A stretch of DNA of 64,000 nt from Promethearchaeota archaeon (GCA_019057795.1 JAHLWS010000073.1:1-64000); one strand, 5' to 3'; counted from the stretch's first letter, positions 38,721 to 48,071 are shown. Program-made: numbers and translations. The notes: generated by a model from the sequence alone, not told the origin.

Positions 38721-39344
38721 ATGAAACCGTGGTTATTTGACATTTTAGCTTGTCCAATTGACAAATATTTTCCCTTAGATTTTTATATCTTTTCATATGA
38801 AACTAAAGAAGAAGAATTTAAGGAAATCTTAAGTTTTTTTGAGAAAAGAGACATTGATCTTATTAAGAAAGAAAATATTATCGAAATTCACCAGGAAAAG
38901 GGAAAAATTTATATTCGGGATGATATAGTTATTGAAAAGAGTTCGATCGATACTTATCTAAATTTAATAATTTCGAGCATTAAGGAAGTCAACTACATAC
39001 ACGATAAATCGTCATTAAAATTAAGTAAACAATGTTTTAACATTATCAAACACGATATAAAAGATAAAATAACCAATTTTTCTAATAGCATAGAATTTGA
39101 ACAAATCGAAAATATTCTACCTGAATTATATTTTTTAAATAAAATTAAAGTTGAAACTGAAGTTGAAACGGGATTACTGTTCTGTTCAGAATGTATGCGA
39201 TGGTACCCAATCATCGAAACAATACCTCAAATGCTACCTGATGAATATAGAGACGAAAAAGCAGACATTCAATTTCTAAAAACCAATAAAGATTTATTAG
39301 ATAATGCATTTTTTAAACAAAATTTAAAACCTTTCAATGTATAA
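38721..39344 (+). CDS. trm112: Trm112-like methyltransferase activator with long central insertion
   Basis: MKPWLFDILACPIDK ... GLLFCSECMRWYPIIETIPQMLPDE. Confidence 0.85.
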   Translation: MKPWLFDILACPIDKYFPLDFYIFSYETKEEEFKEILSFFEKRDIDLIKKENIIEIHQEKGKIYIRDDIVIEKSSIDTYLNLIISSIKEVNYIHDKSSLKLSKQCFNIIKHDIKDKITNFSNSIEFEQIENILPELYFLNKIKVETEVETGLLFCSECMRWYPIIETIPQMLPDEYRDEKADIQFLKTNKDLLDNAFFKQNLKPFNV

Positions 39345-39358
39345 GTAATAAAATACAT

Positions 39359-39460
39359 AGCCCGGTGGTGTAGTGGACAAGCATCTGGGGCCTTGAACCC
39401 CGTGACCACGGTTCGAAAACTATCAAGTTAACTCGATAATCGAAATTCCGTGCCGGGCTA
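39359..39460 (+). tRNA. trnQ: tRNA-Gln(TTG) with a 29-nt intron at 59/60 (39418..39446)
   Basis: Acceptor AGCCCGG/CCGGGCT+A; D stem GTGT/GCAT; anticodon stem TGGGG/CCCCG with loop CC-TTG-AA; T stem CACGG/CCGTG; A1-U72 as in archaeal tRNA-Gln; removing the intron gives a 73-nt tRNA with T loop TTCGAAT. Confidence 0.88.
39418..39446 (+). other. Non-canonical tRNA intron with bulge-helix-bulge motif
   Basis: 4-bp helix TTCG/CGAA flanked by 3-nt bulges AAA and ATT; internal hairpin TATCAAG-TTAA-CTCGATA. Confidence 0.88.
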
Positions 39461-39519
39461 TTATTTATTTACTTTTTGTCAGTATAAATAAACTACTTAA
39501 AAAAGTTCATCGATCAATA

Positions 39520-40881
39520 ATGATTCGGATAACTGATTTAAATTGGGGCGTCTTGGAAGCGGTATATTTAATAATAGTCTTTGTTGTAGGATTTGCAATT
39601 ACAATGGCAATTATCCCCTATCTAATAAAAATAATGAAAAGGAGGGGTCACATCGGAATCGATATACATAAAAACTTAAAAACAGAAGTTGCGGAATCTG
39701 GTGGAATTAGCATCGTCATAGGAATTTCATTTGCATCAATGCTTCTAATTATCTTCTTTCCAAGTTTCTTTAACGAAATCCTGATATTTGTTTTAACTGT
39801 GGCTTTATCAGGGTTAATTGGTTATTTTGACGACAGAATTAAATTAAGATCGAGATATAAACTAATATTAACAATCTTTACGGGAACCTTGATTTTTCTG
39901 GCAAATTTTTTTGGTTTTATTAAAATTGAATCCCCTACAATCCCTTTCCTGGGGCAATTAAGATTAACGATTATTTATCCTATACTTGCGCCTATAATAG
40001 TAACAGTATTTGCAAACACGGTGAATATGTTGGAAGGATATAATGGTGAAGGGTCTGGGACATCCATTATTGCGTTATGTTCCTTGTTTGTTTGTTCAAT
40101 AATATGGGATTCCGCAGAAGGAATTTTATTTACCACTATCGCTTTAGCAGTTCTAATTCCATTTTACTTATATAATAAATTTCCTGCAAAAATCTTTCCT
40201 GGAGATGTTGGAACGCTAAGTATTGGCGCTTTATTTGCGGGTATTGCTTTGTTTGGTTCTCTTGAAGCAGCAGTTTTCTGTGCGCTTTTAATACATATTT
40301 TTAATAGCTTTTATGTTTTATATTCAGTAAAAGGATTTTTTGAGAGCAGTGAAATTCTAGAAAATAAGAGCGATATTATATTGTTAGAAAACGATTTTAT
40401 AAAAGCATCCGATGAGAAAGACGCTGCTCTAACTTTACCAAGATTAATCTTAGCAAAGGGGCCTTTAAAAGAACCAGAATTAGTTAAAAATTTTTATATT
40501 ATTTCACTCATCTGTGGATTTTTCTCCATTATAACAACATTATTAATGGTTTGGACAATTGGAAATCTGGATTTAATTACAATAGCAATTGTAATCGTTA
40601 TTTTTGGACTTATCATTACCATTTTATTACATAAATTTCCTAGAATAAGAGGCGTTGTGATTCTTATGGTTATATTAATCGTTGTAGGTTATATTTTTCT
40701 CATCTGCATTGATTTGTTTATAATACCAATAGATTTCGTAGATATTGTTATTTTTGGTATACCCTTGCCAACTAATATTATAATTTCTTTAATTTTAGTA
40801 ATCCCTGGATTATTACTATGGTACTATATTACAATTAAATATTTTTGGTTTGAAATTTATAAAATGAAAGAAGGATCTTAA
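39520..40881 (+). CDS. aglH: UDP-GlcNAc:dolichyl-phosphate GlcNAc-1-P transferase (AglH/ALG7/DPAGT1-like) with extra C-terminal TMs
   Basis: GIDIHK, VAESGG, GYFDD, NTVNMLEGYNG, PAKIFPGDVGT. Confidence 0.87.
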   Translation: MIRITDLNWGVLEAVYLIIVFVVGFAITMAIIPYLIKIMKRRGHIGIDIHKNLKTEVAESGGISIVIGISFASMLLIIFFPSFFNEILIFVLTVALSGLIGYFDDRIKLRSRYKLILTIFTGTLIFLANFFGFIKIESPTIPFLGQLRLTIIYPILAPIIVTVFANTVNMLEGYNGEGSGTSIIALCSLFVCSIIWDSAEGILFTTIALAVLIPFYLYNKFPAKIFPGDVGTLSIGALFAGIALFGSLEAAVFCALLIHIFNSFYVLYSVKGFFESSEILENKSDIILLENDFIKASDEKDAALTLPRLILAKGPLKEPELVKNFYIISLICGFFSIITTLLMVWTIGNLDLITIAIVIVIFGLIITILLHKFPRIRGVVILMVILIVVGYIFLICIDLFIIPIDFVDIVIFGIPLPTNIIISLILVIPGLLLWYYITIKYFWFEIYKMKEGS

Positions 40882-41002
40882 AGGAATAATTCTAACTTCT
40901 CAAATTAATTTTGTATAATTTTTTTCTAATTGTAGGAAATAATTTTAAGGAATTCATATTTAAAAAACAATAACAATAAAATTAAGACATAAAGGGTTTT
41001 TT

Positions 41003-43552
41003 ATGAAAAAAATATTAAGATACTTACTATTTATCCTTTATATTTTTATTTCAACTGGACTATTTTTTTTATTTTACTTCATATTATTTCAACGAAACTC
41101 ATTTGAAATTTTAATCGATTGGAGTTTTTGGGTATTACTCTTTTTATTTTTAATTACAATAGAAGAGTTTTACAGGTTTTGTAAAAATGGAAAAAGAAGC
41201 GAAATGAGTGATATTATAGCAATTTTATTTTTCTTTTTTCTTATTTTCTTCATTTCAAAAGATGTTTTGACTTCACTAATGGGTGCTTTTTCTATTTATT
41301 TGTGGTTTGGAATATATGAATTAAAGGAGTATCCTGTTTTAAATAAAATTTTAATAATTTCTTTAGTTACATATACTACTATCTTTATTTCTGGAATAAT
41401 TTCAAACTTTTTAGGAGATCCAATTGTTATTAACACGGCTTTTGCTTTTTCTTTTTGGATTATTCTTGGATTAGGTTTAATATTATTTGGTAGAAAGTAT
41501 ATTATTATTTGGAGATTCATGTCACCTCAATATTTAACTTTATTTTTGTATATTATTGCGTGGCTCGCTATTGTTTTTATAAATCAATATACACCTCTTA
41601 ATTTTATTAGCCAGAAAGCTTTCCTGTTTAGCCCTTTCTCCGTTTGGGAACTCTTCATTAACATCTACATGATTTTAATATTAATAAATTGGTTTATTTA
41701 CTTCATTTCTGGGCCTATTTTAGATTTTATGCTTGGTATAAAATCAGTTGAGGATAAAAACTTATTACGTTTAATTAATGAAGTAAAAACTGACATTGGA
41801 ATAAAAGGAAAAGTAAAGGTTGGGTTCGGTAAATACCCGATTTTAAATGCTATGGCATATGGCTCAGTTTTTGATAAAAGAATCGCCCTTATTGCGGAAG
41901 ATTATAAAAAAGTGCCAGAAGATGAGGTTAAAGGAATTGTTGCTCATGAATTAGCACATATTAAGGGAAAACATACTTTAATATTAACTTTTATCACAAC
42001 AGCAGATTTAATATTTAGGATGTTATTTGGCATCCCCGCTACATTTTACGATTATACGTTCGGAAACCCTCAAATACCTTTAATATTATTCATTCTTTTA
42101 AACTTAGGGATATATCTTATTTTGTTTATGTTTGTCAGAATCTTGGAAGGAAAAGCGGATCTAAAAACTAAAAAAATCGGCTACGCAAAAGAACTCGTAA
42201 AAGCGCTTTATAACTTAGAAAGTTTTTACGCCACAGGCCGGGAATTTGGCTTAAATACGATGCTTTTGTGCGATGAAAAAATCACAAAAAATAATGAAAT
42301 TTTAAATTATTTAGACACGGCTGATTACATCAATAGATCAATAATTAAACCAAAAAGACTCTCGCTCGTTAGCAACATAATGAACTCCCATCCCCCCACT
42401 TATCATAGAATTGCAGCTATATTGGACGATAAGTTAAAACCAACAAAAGAAACGCTTTTACCGATCATTTGTTTAAAAAAATCAAAACAAAAATACTACG
42501 CAAAAATATTTGAAGACGCGAGAAAAAAATTTAAAGTCATCGCCAACGAGAAGTTTAAAGAATACTTCCATATTGGAGATATTTCTGCTTTTATGAGAAA
42601 TCTAAATAGAATAGAATTATACAAACTGGAACTCGAAAAGGATTACGTGTTTAAGAATAAAGTTACAGATGAAATCGTTATAGGTAAATTAAAGGATGTT
42701 AAATTTAAAGACGACATTTGCGATACTGACGAGTATATCGTCAATGACATCAAAACTGGTAATGAAATTCTTTTAAATTCTTCATTGTATAAAAAATCTC
42801 GGGTTGATCTTAAAGATCAATATTTTTTTAAAAAGGAGGGAACTTTAAAACTGGTAGATATTGAATTGAACGAGGATAAAAAGGATGGCAAATATGTTTT
42901 TTTAGATAAAGAAGGTCGGAAGATTTTTAAAAACCTAAAAAAAAAAAAATTGCCCAATTCAATAGGCTTAATTAAAGAATTTAGCAACAATGATATTTTT
43001 TTTATAATAAAAGGAGAAATTAGAATAGTTAAATGTTTAAATGTAAACATCTCTGATAATTTCAAAGAATCTGAATTATCCTTTAGTGAGATGCCTCAAA
43101 GTGATGGCAACAAAACAATTCAATACAAATTAAAGGATTTGATCGTTAAACCAAAAAATATCTATATACAAATAAGAAGAAATGAAATGTTCCGAAAATC
43201 TGAATTAAACGTAATTAATTGGTTGATAGAAAAACAACTTAGAACTTTCATTTATCTTAAAAAACCAGTGAATAACCTTGAAATTGGCTATATCCAAGAT
43301 GTCAAAATAAGTATTGAAGATTCAAAAAAAAAATCAAATAAAGGAAAGAATGAGAAAAGTAATTATCTTTCCATGAAAAATATCTTCGGTGAAGATATTA
43401 AGATTCCATACAATTCATTGGAAGTGTTGTTGTTTGAATATAATACAGCTATTATTCAAAAAAAATCAGAAACGAGCATGGTTAGCAAATTAGGATATTT
43501 AATAGTGAGAAAATTTAAACCAGAAAAATTTTTTTATCTTAATAAAATTTAA
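41003..43552 (+). CDS. M48 (HtpX/Ste24) zinc metalloprotease with extended TM region and large C-terminal soluble region
   Basis: NAMAYG, GIVAHELAH, LEGKAD, SHPPTYHRI. Confidence 0.88.
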   Translation: MKKILRYLLFILYIFISTGLFFLFYFILFQRNSFEILIDWSFWVLLFLFLITIEEFYRFCKNGKRSEMSDIIAILFFFFLIFFISKDVLTSLMGAFSIYLWFGIYELKEYPVLNKILIISLVTYTTIFISGIISNFLGDPIVINTAFAFSFWIILGLGLILFGRKYIIIWRFMSPQYLTLFLYIIAWLAIVFINQYTPLNFISQKAFLFSPFSVWELFINIYMILILINWFIYFISGPILDFMLGIKSVEDKNLLRLINEVKTDIGIKGKVKVGFGKYPILNAMAYGSVFDKRIALIAEDYKKVPEDEVKGIVAHELAHIKGKHTLILTFITTADLIFRMLFGIPATFYDYTFGNPQIPLILFILLNLGIYLILFMFVRILEGKADLKTKKIGYAKELVKALYNLESFYATGREFGLNTMLLCDEKITKNNEILNYLDTADYINRSIIKPKRLSLVSNIMNSHPPTYHRIAAILDDKLKPTKETLLPIICLKKSKQKYYAKIFEDARKKFKVIANEKFKEYFHIGDISAFMRNLNRIELYKLELEKDYVFKNKVTDEIVIGKLKDVKFKDDICDTDEYIVNDIKTGNEILLNSSLYKKSRVDLKDQYFFKKEGTLKLVDIELNEDKKDGKYVFLDKEGRKIFKNLKKKKLPNSIGLIKEFSNNDIFFIIKGEIRIVKCLNVNISDNFKESELSFSEMPQSDGNKTIQYKLKDLIVKPKNIYIQIRRNEMFRKSELNVINWLIEKQLRTFIYLKKPVNNLEIGYIQDVKISIEDSKKKSNKGKNEKSNYLSMKNIFGEDIKIPYNSLEVLLFEYNTAIIQKKSETSMVSKLGYLIVRKFKPEKFFYLNKI

Positions 43553-43579
43553 TTGATATGTTTAGTTTAACATCTTATA

Positions 43580-44509
43580 ATGACAAGTAAAATTAGAAGT
43601 ATCGTAAACCTTTTACGCATAAGACAGTATTATAAAAATGTATTAATATTCATTGGTGTCTTTTTTACTAAAAGAATATTTGAAGTTGAACTTTATTTTC
43701 CTCTCATCTTAGGTTTTATTTTACTATGTTGCGCTTCTTCTTTCAATTACATTATAAACGATATACGAGATGTCGAACGCGATAAAAAACATCCCGAAAA
43801 AATGAAAAAAAAACCGCTTGCTTCTGGAGATTTGCCAGTGCATTTTGCCGTATTATTATTATTAATCATATCAGCATTTATGCTCTTCTCCCTCGTATTT
43901 TTAATACCAAATATCAGTTTCATTTTTATGATAATTCTTATCATCTTAACGGGACAACTTTACAACCATTTTTTTAAAAATTACGCTTTTATTGACATTT
44001 CAGTCTTATCTACAGGTTACTTATGGAGAGCGTTATCTGGGGTCGTTATAATAAATGAATACATTTCCGCTTGGTTGTTTTTAGCAATTTTTGAAATCGC
44101 GATGTTTTTAAGCATAGCTAAAAGAAAGGGCGATCTAATACTTCTTGGGAAAGACAAAGCTGTTGAGCATAAGAAAGTTTACGATCAATATTCTTTAAAA
44201 TTACTAGAAGAATTTCATGTCATGATTGCCGGCTCTTTATTTATGACTTATTCTCTTTATCTGATATTAAAATTTAACCTTTTTGAACCTACCGTAAATT
44301 TACAAGAATATATTGTGATTTTTACCATCCCTATTTCATTGTATTTAATCATGCGATATATGTATTTAACGTCAGCGAAGCCTGAAATAGCGAGGAGGAC
44401 CGAAAAAGCTTTTTTCGATAAAGGCATAATTCTCGCGGGTTTTTTCCTCTTTTTGATCCTTTTTTCTTCTTTTTATTACGACGTATTAGTGGGGATATTT
44501 GGCAGTTAA
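43580..44509 (+). CDS. UbiA-family polyprenyl-phosphate phosphoribosyltransferase-like protein (DPPR synthase type)
   Basis: LRIRQYYKN, YIINDIRDVERDKKHPEK..KPLASG, LWRALSG, FLSIAKRKGD. Confidence 0.85.
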   Translation: MTSKIRSIVNLLRIRQYYKNVLIFIGVFFTKRIFEVELYFPLILGFILLCCASSFNYIINDIRDVERDKKHPEKMKKKPLASGDLPVHFAVLLLLIISAFMLFSLVFLIPNISFIFMIILIILTGQLYNHFFKNYAFIDISVLSTGYLWRALSGVVIINEYISAWLFLAIFEIAMFLSIAKRKGDLILLGKDKAVEHKKVYDQYSLKLLEEFHVMIAGSLFMTYSLYLILKFNLFEPTVNLQEYIVIFTIPISLYLIMRYMYLTSAKPEIARRTEKAFFDKGIILAGFFLFLILFSSFYYDVLVGIFGS

Positions 44510-44700
44510 GGTAATAAGAAGCATTAAAGATAAAGAACCGCTTTTTTTTAATTATTAAAAATATACAAGTAAAAGGGAGAACTGGAAGTTTTAGATAAAA
44601 CCAAGGCTATTAATAATTAAAATTTATAATAAACCAGAAAAATTTTTACAAAATCAAATTGTCAATCTAATTACAAAAAAACAACTCTACTACCAAATAA

Positions 44701-44727
44701 GAAAAAAAAAGAAAAAAAAAGAAAAAA
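44701..44727. repeat. Phased A-tract repeat (GA9)x2 + GA6
   Basis: gaaaaaaaaa gaaaaaaaaa gaaaaaa immediately before CTTATAAG. Confidence 0.8.
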
Positions 44728-44735
44728 CTTATAAG
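44722..44735 (+). promoter_or_regulatory. BRE/TATA candidate for the ABC substrate-binding gene
   Basis: aaaaaaCTTATAAG about 70 nt upstream of ATG 44806. Confidence 0.4.
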
Positions 44736-44805
44736 TTTACAAATTTAAGAAGATACAACTACAAATCAAAAAAAAAAAATAAAATAAATTTTAAGTGATT
44801 ATAAA

Positions 44806-46614
44806 ATGAGTTTAGAAAAAAAAGACTGGGCAATTATTATAATAGCTGTACTCGCAGTAGCGTCCATTATTGGTAATGGAGTCCTACTTCTTCAACCTGG
44901 GGCGATAGTCAAGCCAGATTTAGGCGCAACCCTTGTTTTTGGTACCCAGAGAGGTCCTGTAGATCTTGATCCTCAGTATGCTTGGGATAGTGCGTCTTCG
45001 GATGTAATAAATCAAGTAGTTGAGACTTTATTTGCTTATAATTTAAGTGACCCTAATTTAGCTTTAATTCCTAGTTTAGCTCTGTGGGGCGATTGGGATG
45101 ATACCGCTAATGATGATGGTACATATAATTATACCGTTCAATTAAGGGAAGGAGTATACTTCCATGATGGCACTCCATTTAATGCTTCATCCGTTGAATG
45201 GAACTTTGATAGATTAGCTAACTTAATGGATCTAGGCATTACTCAAATAGCTGAATTATATCAATACTATGTTGACACCGTTGTTGTCAATGAAACCTCT
45301 GGCGAAACAGAAGACATTATTAAACCTCTTATCAACGATACAGTAGTTATATCTGAATACCTTTTTCAATTTAAAATGAATGTAGAATATGGACCATTTC
45401 AAGCCTTACTCTGCTTTTCTGCTTCCAGTATTATGTCACCTACAGCTCACGCTGATGACTTTGATGACATACTTGAAACAGCAACTAGTGATTTAGTAGG
45501 TACAGGGCCATTCGTTTTTGACAAAGTAGAAACTGGTGTTGAGGTAATCATGCATGCTTTTGACCACTATTGGGGTGGTAGAGCCCAAATTGATACACTA
45601 ATCTTTTCCATTATAAGCGACGCTCAAATTAGAAACAATGCTTTATTATCTGGAGATATCGATTTCTTAGGAGATCCAATGGCTGCTATGTATGATACAT
45701 TCAATACAACCGCGGGTCTTGATCTAGTTAATGCAGGACAGAGTCTTATTACCCAATATCTTGGAATGAACAATGTGAAAATAAATGCCACATTTAGAAG
45801 AGCAATTTCACACGCCATTAATTATTCATACATTCTCGAGAACCTCATGCAGGGATGGGCCGCAAGACTTGAATCACCAATTCCAATGGGATTTCAAATG
45901 GCTGATTGGTCATCTACTGAGGCTGACTATGATGTAGAGTACGCAAGAGAGATCATGCAAAGTATGGGTTATGGTGCTACATGGTCTACATCAGAAACCC
46001 ATGCAGACAACGCTAAATGGTTAGCCGCATCTTTTAGGTCGTTTAATTATACCTATAATATCGGGAATAATATGCGAGAAAATGTATTACTGTTATTAAC
46101 AGATAATCTTGGTAAGATTGGTATAAAGGTCGGAGATGATGGTGATACCTGGGCAAACTACATCTATAGATTATATGAAATTTATGGGTACACTAGAAAC
46201 GACTTAGAGCTCTATTGGATTGGATGGATTCCTGACTATAACGACCCAAGTAACTTTATTAACCCATTATTCACCAATAGAACAGTTGCATCTAATGGCG
46301 CTCAATACAACGGATATTTGGCAGCACTTGAAGAAGACGAATTTAAGGATGCGAGAGATCCATTTGACGTAAATGATAATGTGCAACTCTTAATGGAAGC
46401 AGCATTGTTTGAAACTGTTGAAGCTACAAGAGAAGATATGTACAGTAGAATACAAGAACTTCTTGTTGAAGAAGATATGCCTTGGGTCTATGGATATGTC
46501 AGTATTGGTTTTGACGCCCATAATTCAGAATTAAAGGGTTTCCCAACCAACCCATGGGGTTATACATACTTCTATCCATGCTATTGGGATCCATTACCAA
46601 TACAAGATTATTAG
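44806..46614 (+). CDS. dppA: Peptide ABC transporter substrate-binding protein (family 5)
   Basis: LDPQYAWD, LREGVYFHDGTPFNA, VGTGPF, FRRAISHAIN, GWIPDYNDPSNF. Confidence 0.93.
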   Translation: MSLEKKDWAIIIIAVLAVASIIGNGVLLLQPGAIVKPDLGATLVFGTQRGPVDLDPQYAWDSASSDVINQVVETLFAYNLSDPNLALIPSLALWGDWDDTANDDGTYNYTVQLREGVYFHDGTPFNASSVEWNFDRLANLMDLGITQIAELYQYYVDTVVVNETSGETEDIIKPLINDTVVISEYLFQFKMNVEYGPFQALLCFSASSIMSPTAHADDFDDILETATSDLVGTGPFVFDKVETGVEVIMHAFDHYWGGRAQIDTLIFSIISDAQIRNNALLSGDIDFLGDPMAAMYDTFNTTAGLDLVNAGQSLITQYLGMNNVKINATFRRAISHAINYSYILENLMQGWAARLESPIPMGFQMADWSSTEADYDVEYAREIMQSMGYGATWSTSETHADNAKWLAASFRSFNYTYNIGNNMRENVLLLLTDNLGKIGIKVGDDGDTWANYIYRLYEIYGYTRNDLELYWIGWIPDYNDPSNFINPLFTNRTVASNGAQYNGYLAALEEDEFKDARDPFDVNDNVQLLMEAALFETVEATREDMYSRIQELLVEEDMPWVYGYVSIGFDAHNSELKGFPTNPWGYTYFYPCYWDPLPIQDY

Positions 46615-46713
46615 ATGAATATATAGCCCAAAAAACAAAAAAATCTAAATAAATAATTTTTTTTTTATTCATTATTTTTTTCTATAGAGTTATTATTTTA
46701 TTCGGTTATATAA

Positions 46714-47595
46714 ATGAACCCAAAAATAGGATTTTTAAATCCCCCTGTAAAATTGAAATCATTTAAAAATGATCTAGCACCCATTGGATTCTTTTTAGAT
46801 ATTTTTTCGTCTGAATTATTTGAAATTCCTGTAATGCCAATCCCTATGAGGATTGATAATTTAACAAATGGAATAGCCACATTTTTCATAATACCTGATT
46901 TTACTAAATTGAATATTTTACTTGAGCGCTTGGATTTGGTTTTTGACTTTTATAGTTTTATTACACAGGGGATACATAATTTAATTATTTATGCTAAAAG
47001 AAAATATAAAGAAATAACATATCGAACCTTACCAAAAGAATTAATTATTAAATGGTTTGAAAACTCATTAAATTTAACTGCAGAGATACTTAGTTTAAAA
47101 CAAGATTTTACTTTTATAACTAGTGAATTTTTGAAGATATATTCTAAAATTGAAAAAAAACAGATTGAAATAAATTCTAAAGATTATTATAATGTTCTAA
47201 CTGATTATTGCGAAGTAAATATTAAATACTTTAGAGACAGGATTGAGAATAATCAGTTCAAAATCTTTGAAAAAGGTGTATTAAAAACAGTAGAATTGTA
47301 TAAAGAAAAAAGAAGTAAATATTATCCAGAACTTATTCCTATTGAAGTAAAAAATTTGAAAATGAATAAAGTTAATAAATTGACGTTCGTACCATACTTA
47401 ATATATGACGACATTTTAGATTGCTTTACGTACAACAAGAAACTTTTAGATGATGCAAAATTAAAACCATTAAATCTGACTACATGGAAAAACTACGGAA
47501 TAATTAATAAAAGATCAAATATTGATAATTCTGAATATAATTATAACCTAAAAAATTTTAATTTAAAAAATATTAAATTGGAGATATTGTTATGA
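46714..47595 (+). CDS. Hypothetical soluble protein inside the dpp cluster
   Basis: 293-aa ORF; stop overlaps next start (ATGA). Confidence 0.7.
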   Translation: MNPKIGFLNPPVKLKSFKNDLAPIGFFLDIFSSELFEIPVMPIPMRIDNLTNGIATFFIIPDFTKLNILLERLDLVFDFYSFITQGIHNLIIYAKRKYKEITYRTLPKELIIKWFENSLNLTAEILSLKQDFTFITSEFLKIYSKIEKKQIEINSKDYYNVLTDYCEVNIKYFRDRIENNQFKIFEKGVLKTVELYKEKRSKYYPELIPIEVKNLKMNKVNKLTFVPYLIYDDILDCFTYNKKLLDDAKLKPLNLTTWKNYGIINKRSNIDNSEYNYNLKNFNLKNIKLEILL

Positions 47596-48071
47596 AATGG
47601 AAGATTGATCTTGCCAGGCAAGGAAATTTCATTATGGCTGTAATATTAATCCATTTTGTATTTTTCGGATATATATGCAATCTTTACGAAAAATCTATTG
47701 GAAATAGAGTTATATTTCTATACCAAGTGCTTTTCAATCCATTTTCCATTTTATCATTAGTAATACTTATGGGAATAGTATTTTTTATGGTCTTTAGGGA
47801 GGAGTTTTTTGAATACGGAATTAGAAATAGCATTTGGCTTATATTATTTATCGTTATTGAATCTTGGATATGGTATTTGTTTATAAATGGTTTCCAAGCC
47901 GACTTATTGGCATTAACTGCTCAAATGTTTGGGCTCTATTTTGGTAGTATTGACGGTTATCTAACAATACTAACTCTTTTGGGAGTAAATCTATTAAGTG
48001 CTATATTAGGTGCATTTACTAAACAAAAATATAAAGAATATATCGCAAAAATTAAAGAAGTGAAAATTTAA
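47592..48071 (+). CDS. Hypothetical 4-TM membrane protein inside the dpp cluster
   Basis: Hydrophobic helices; coupled to upstream ORF. Confidence 0.7.
   Translation: MKWKIDLARQGNFIMAVILIHFVFFGYICNLYEKSIGNRVIFLYQVLFNPFSILSLVILMGIVFFMVFREEFFEYGIRNSIWLILFIVIESWIWYLFINGFQADLLALTAQMFGLYFGSIDGYLTILTLLGVNLLSAILGAFTKQKYKEYIAKIKEVKI

Noticed and set aside
39386-39402. Reading the tRNA as Ser(TGA) by shifting the loop one base to restore U33
   Set aside because: The shift breaks the anticodon stem, there is no long variable arm, and A1-U72 and the overall sequence match tRNA-Gln
42937-42949. A13 homopolymer in the M48 gene (and A11 runs near 11948 and 23972) as phase-variation or frameshift sites
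   Set aside because: All lie in intact frames encoding poly-Lys in a very AT-rich genome; no alternative-frame product is evident
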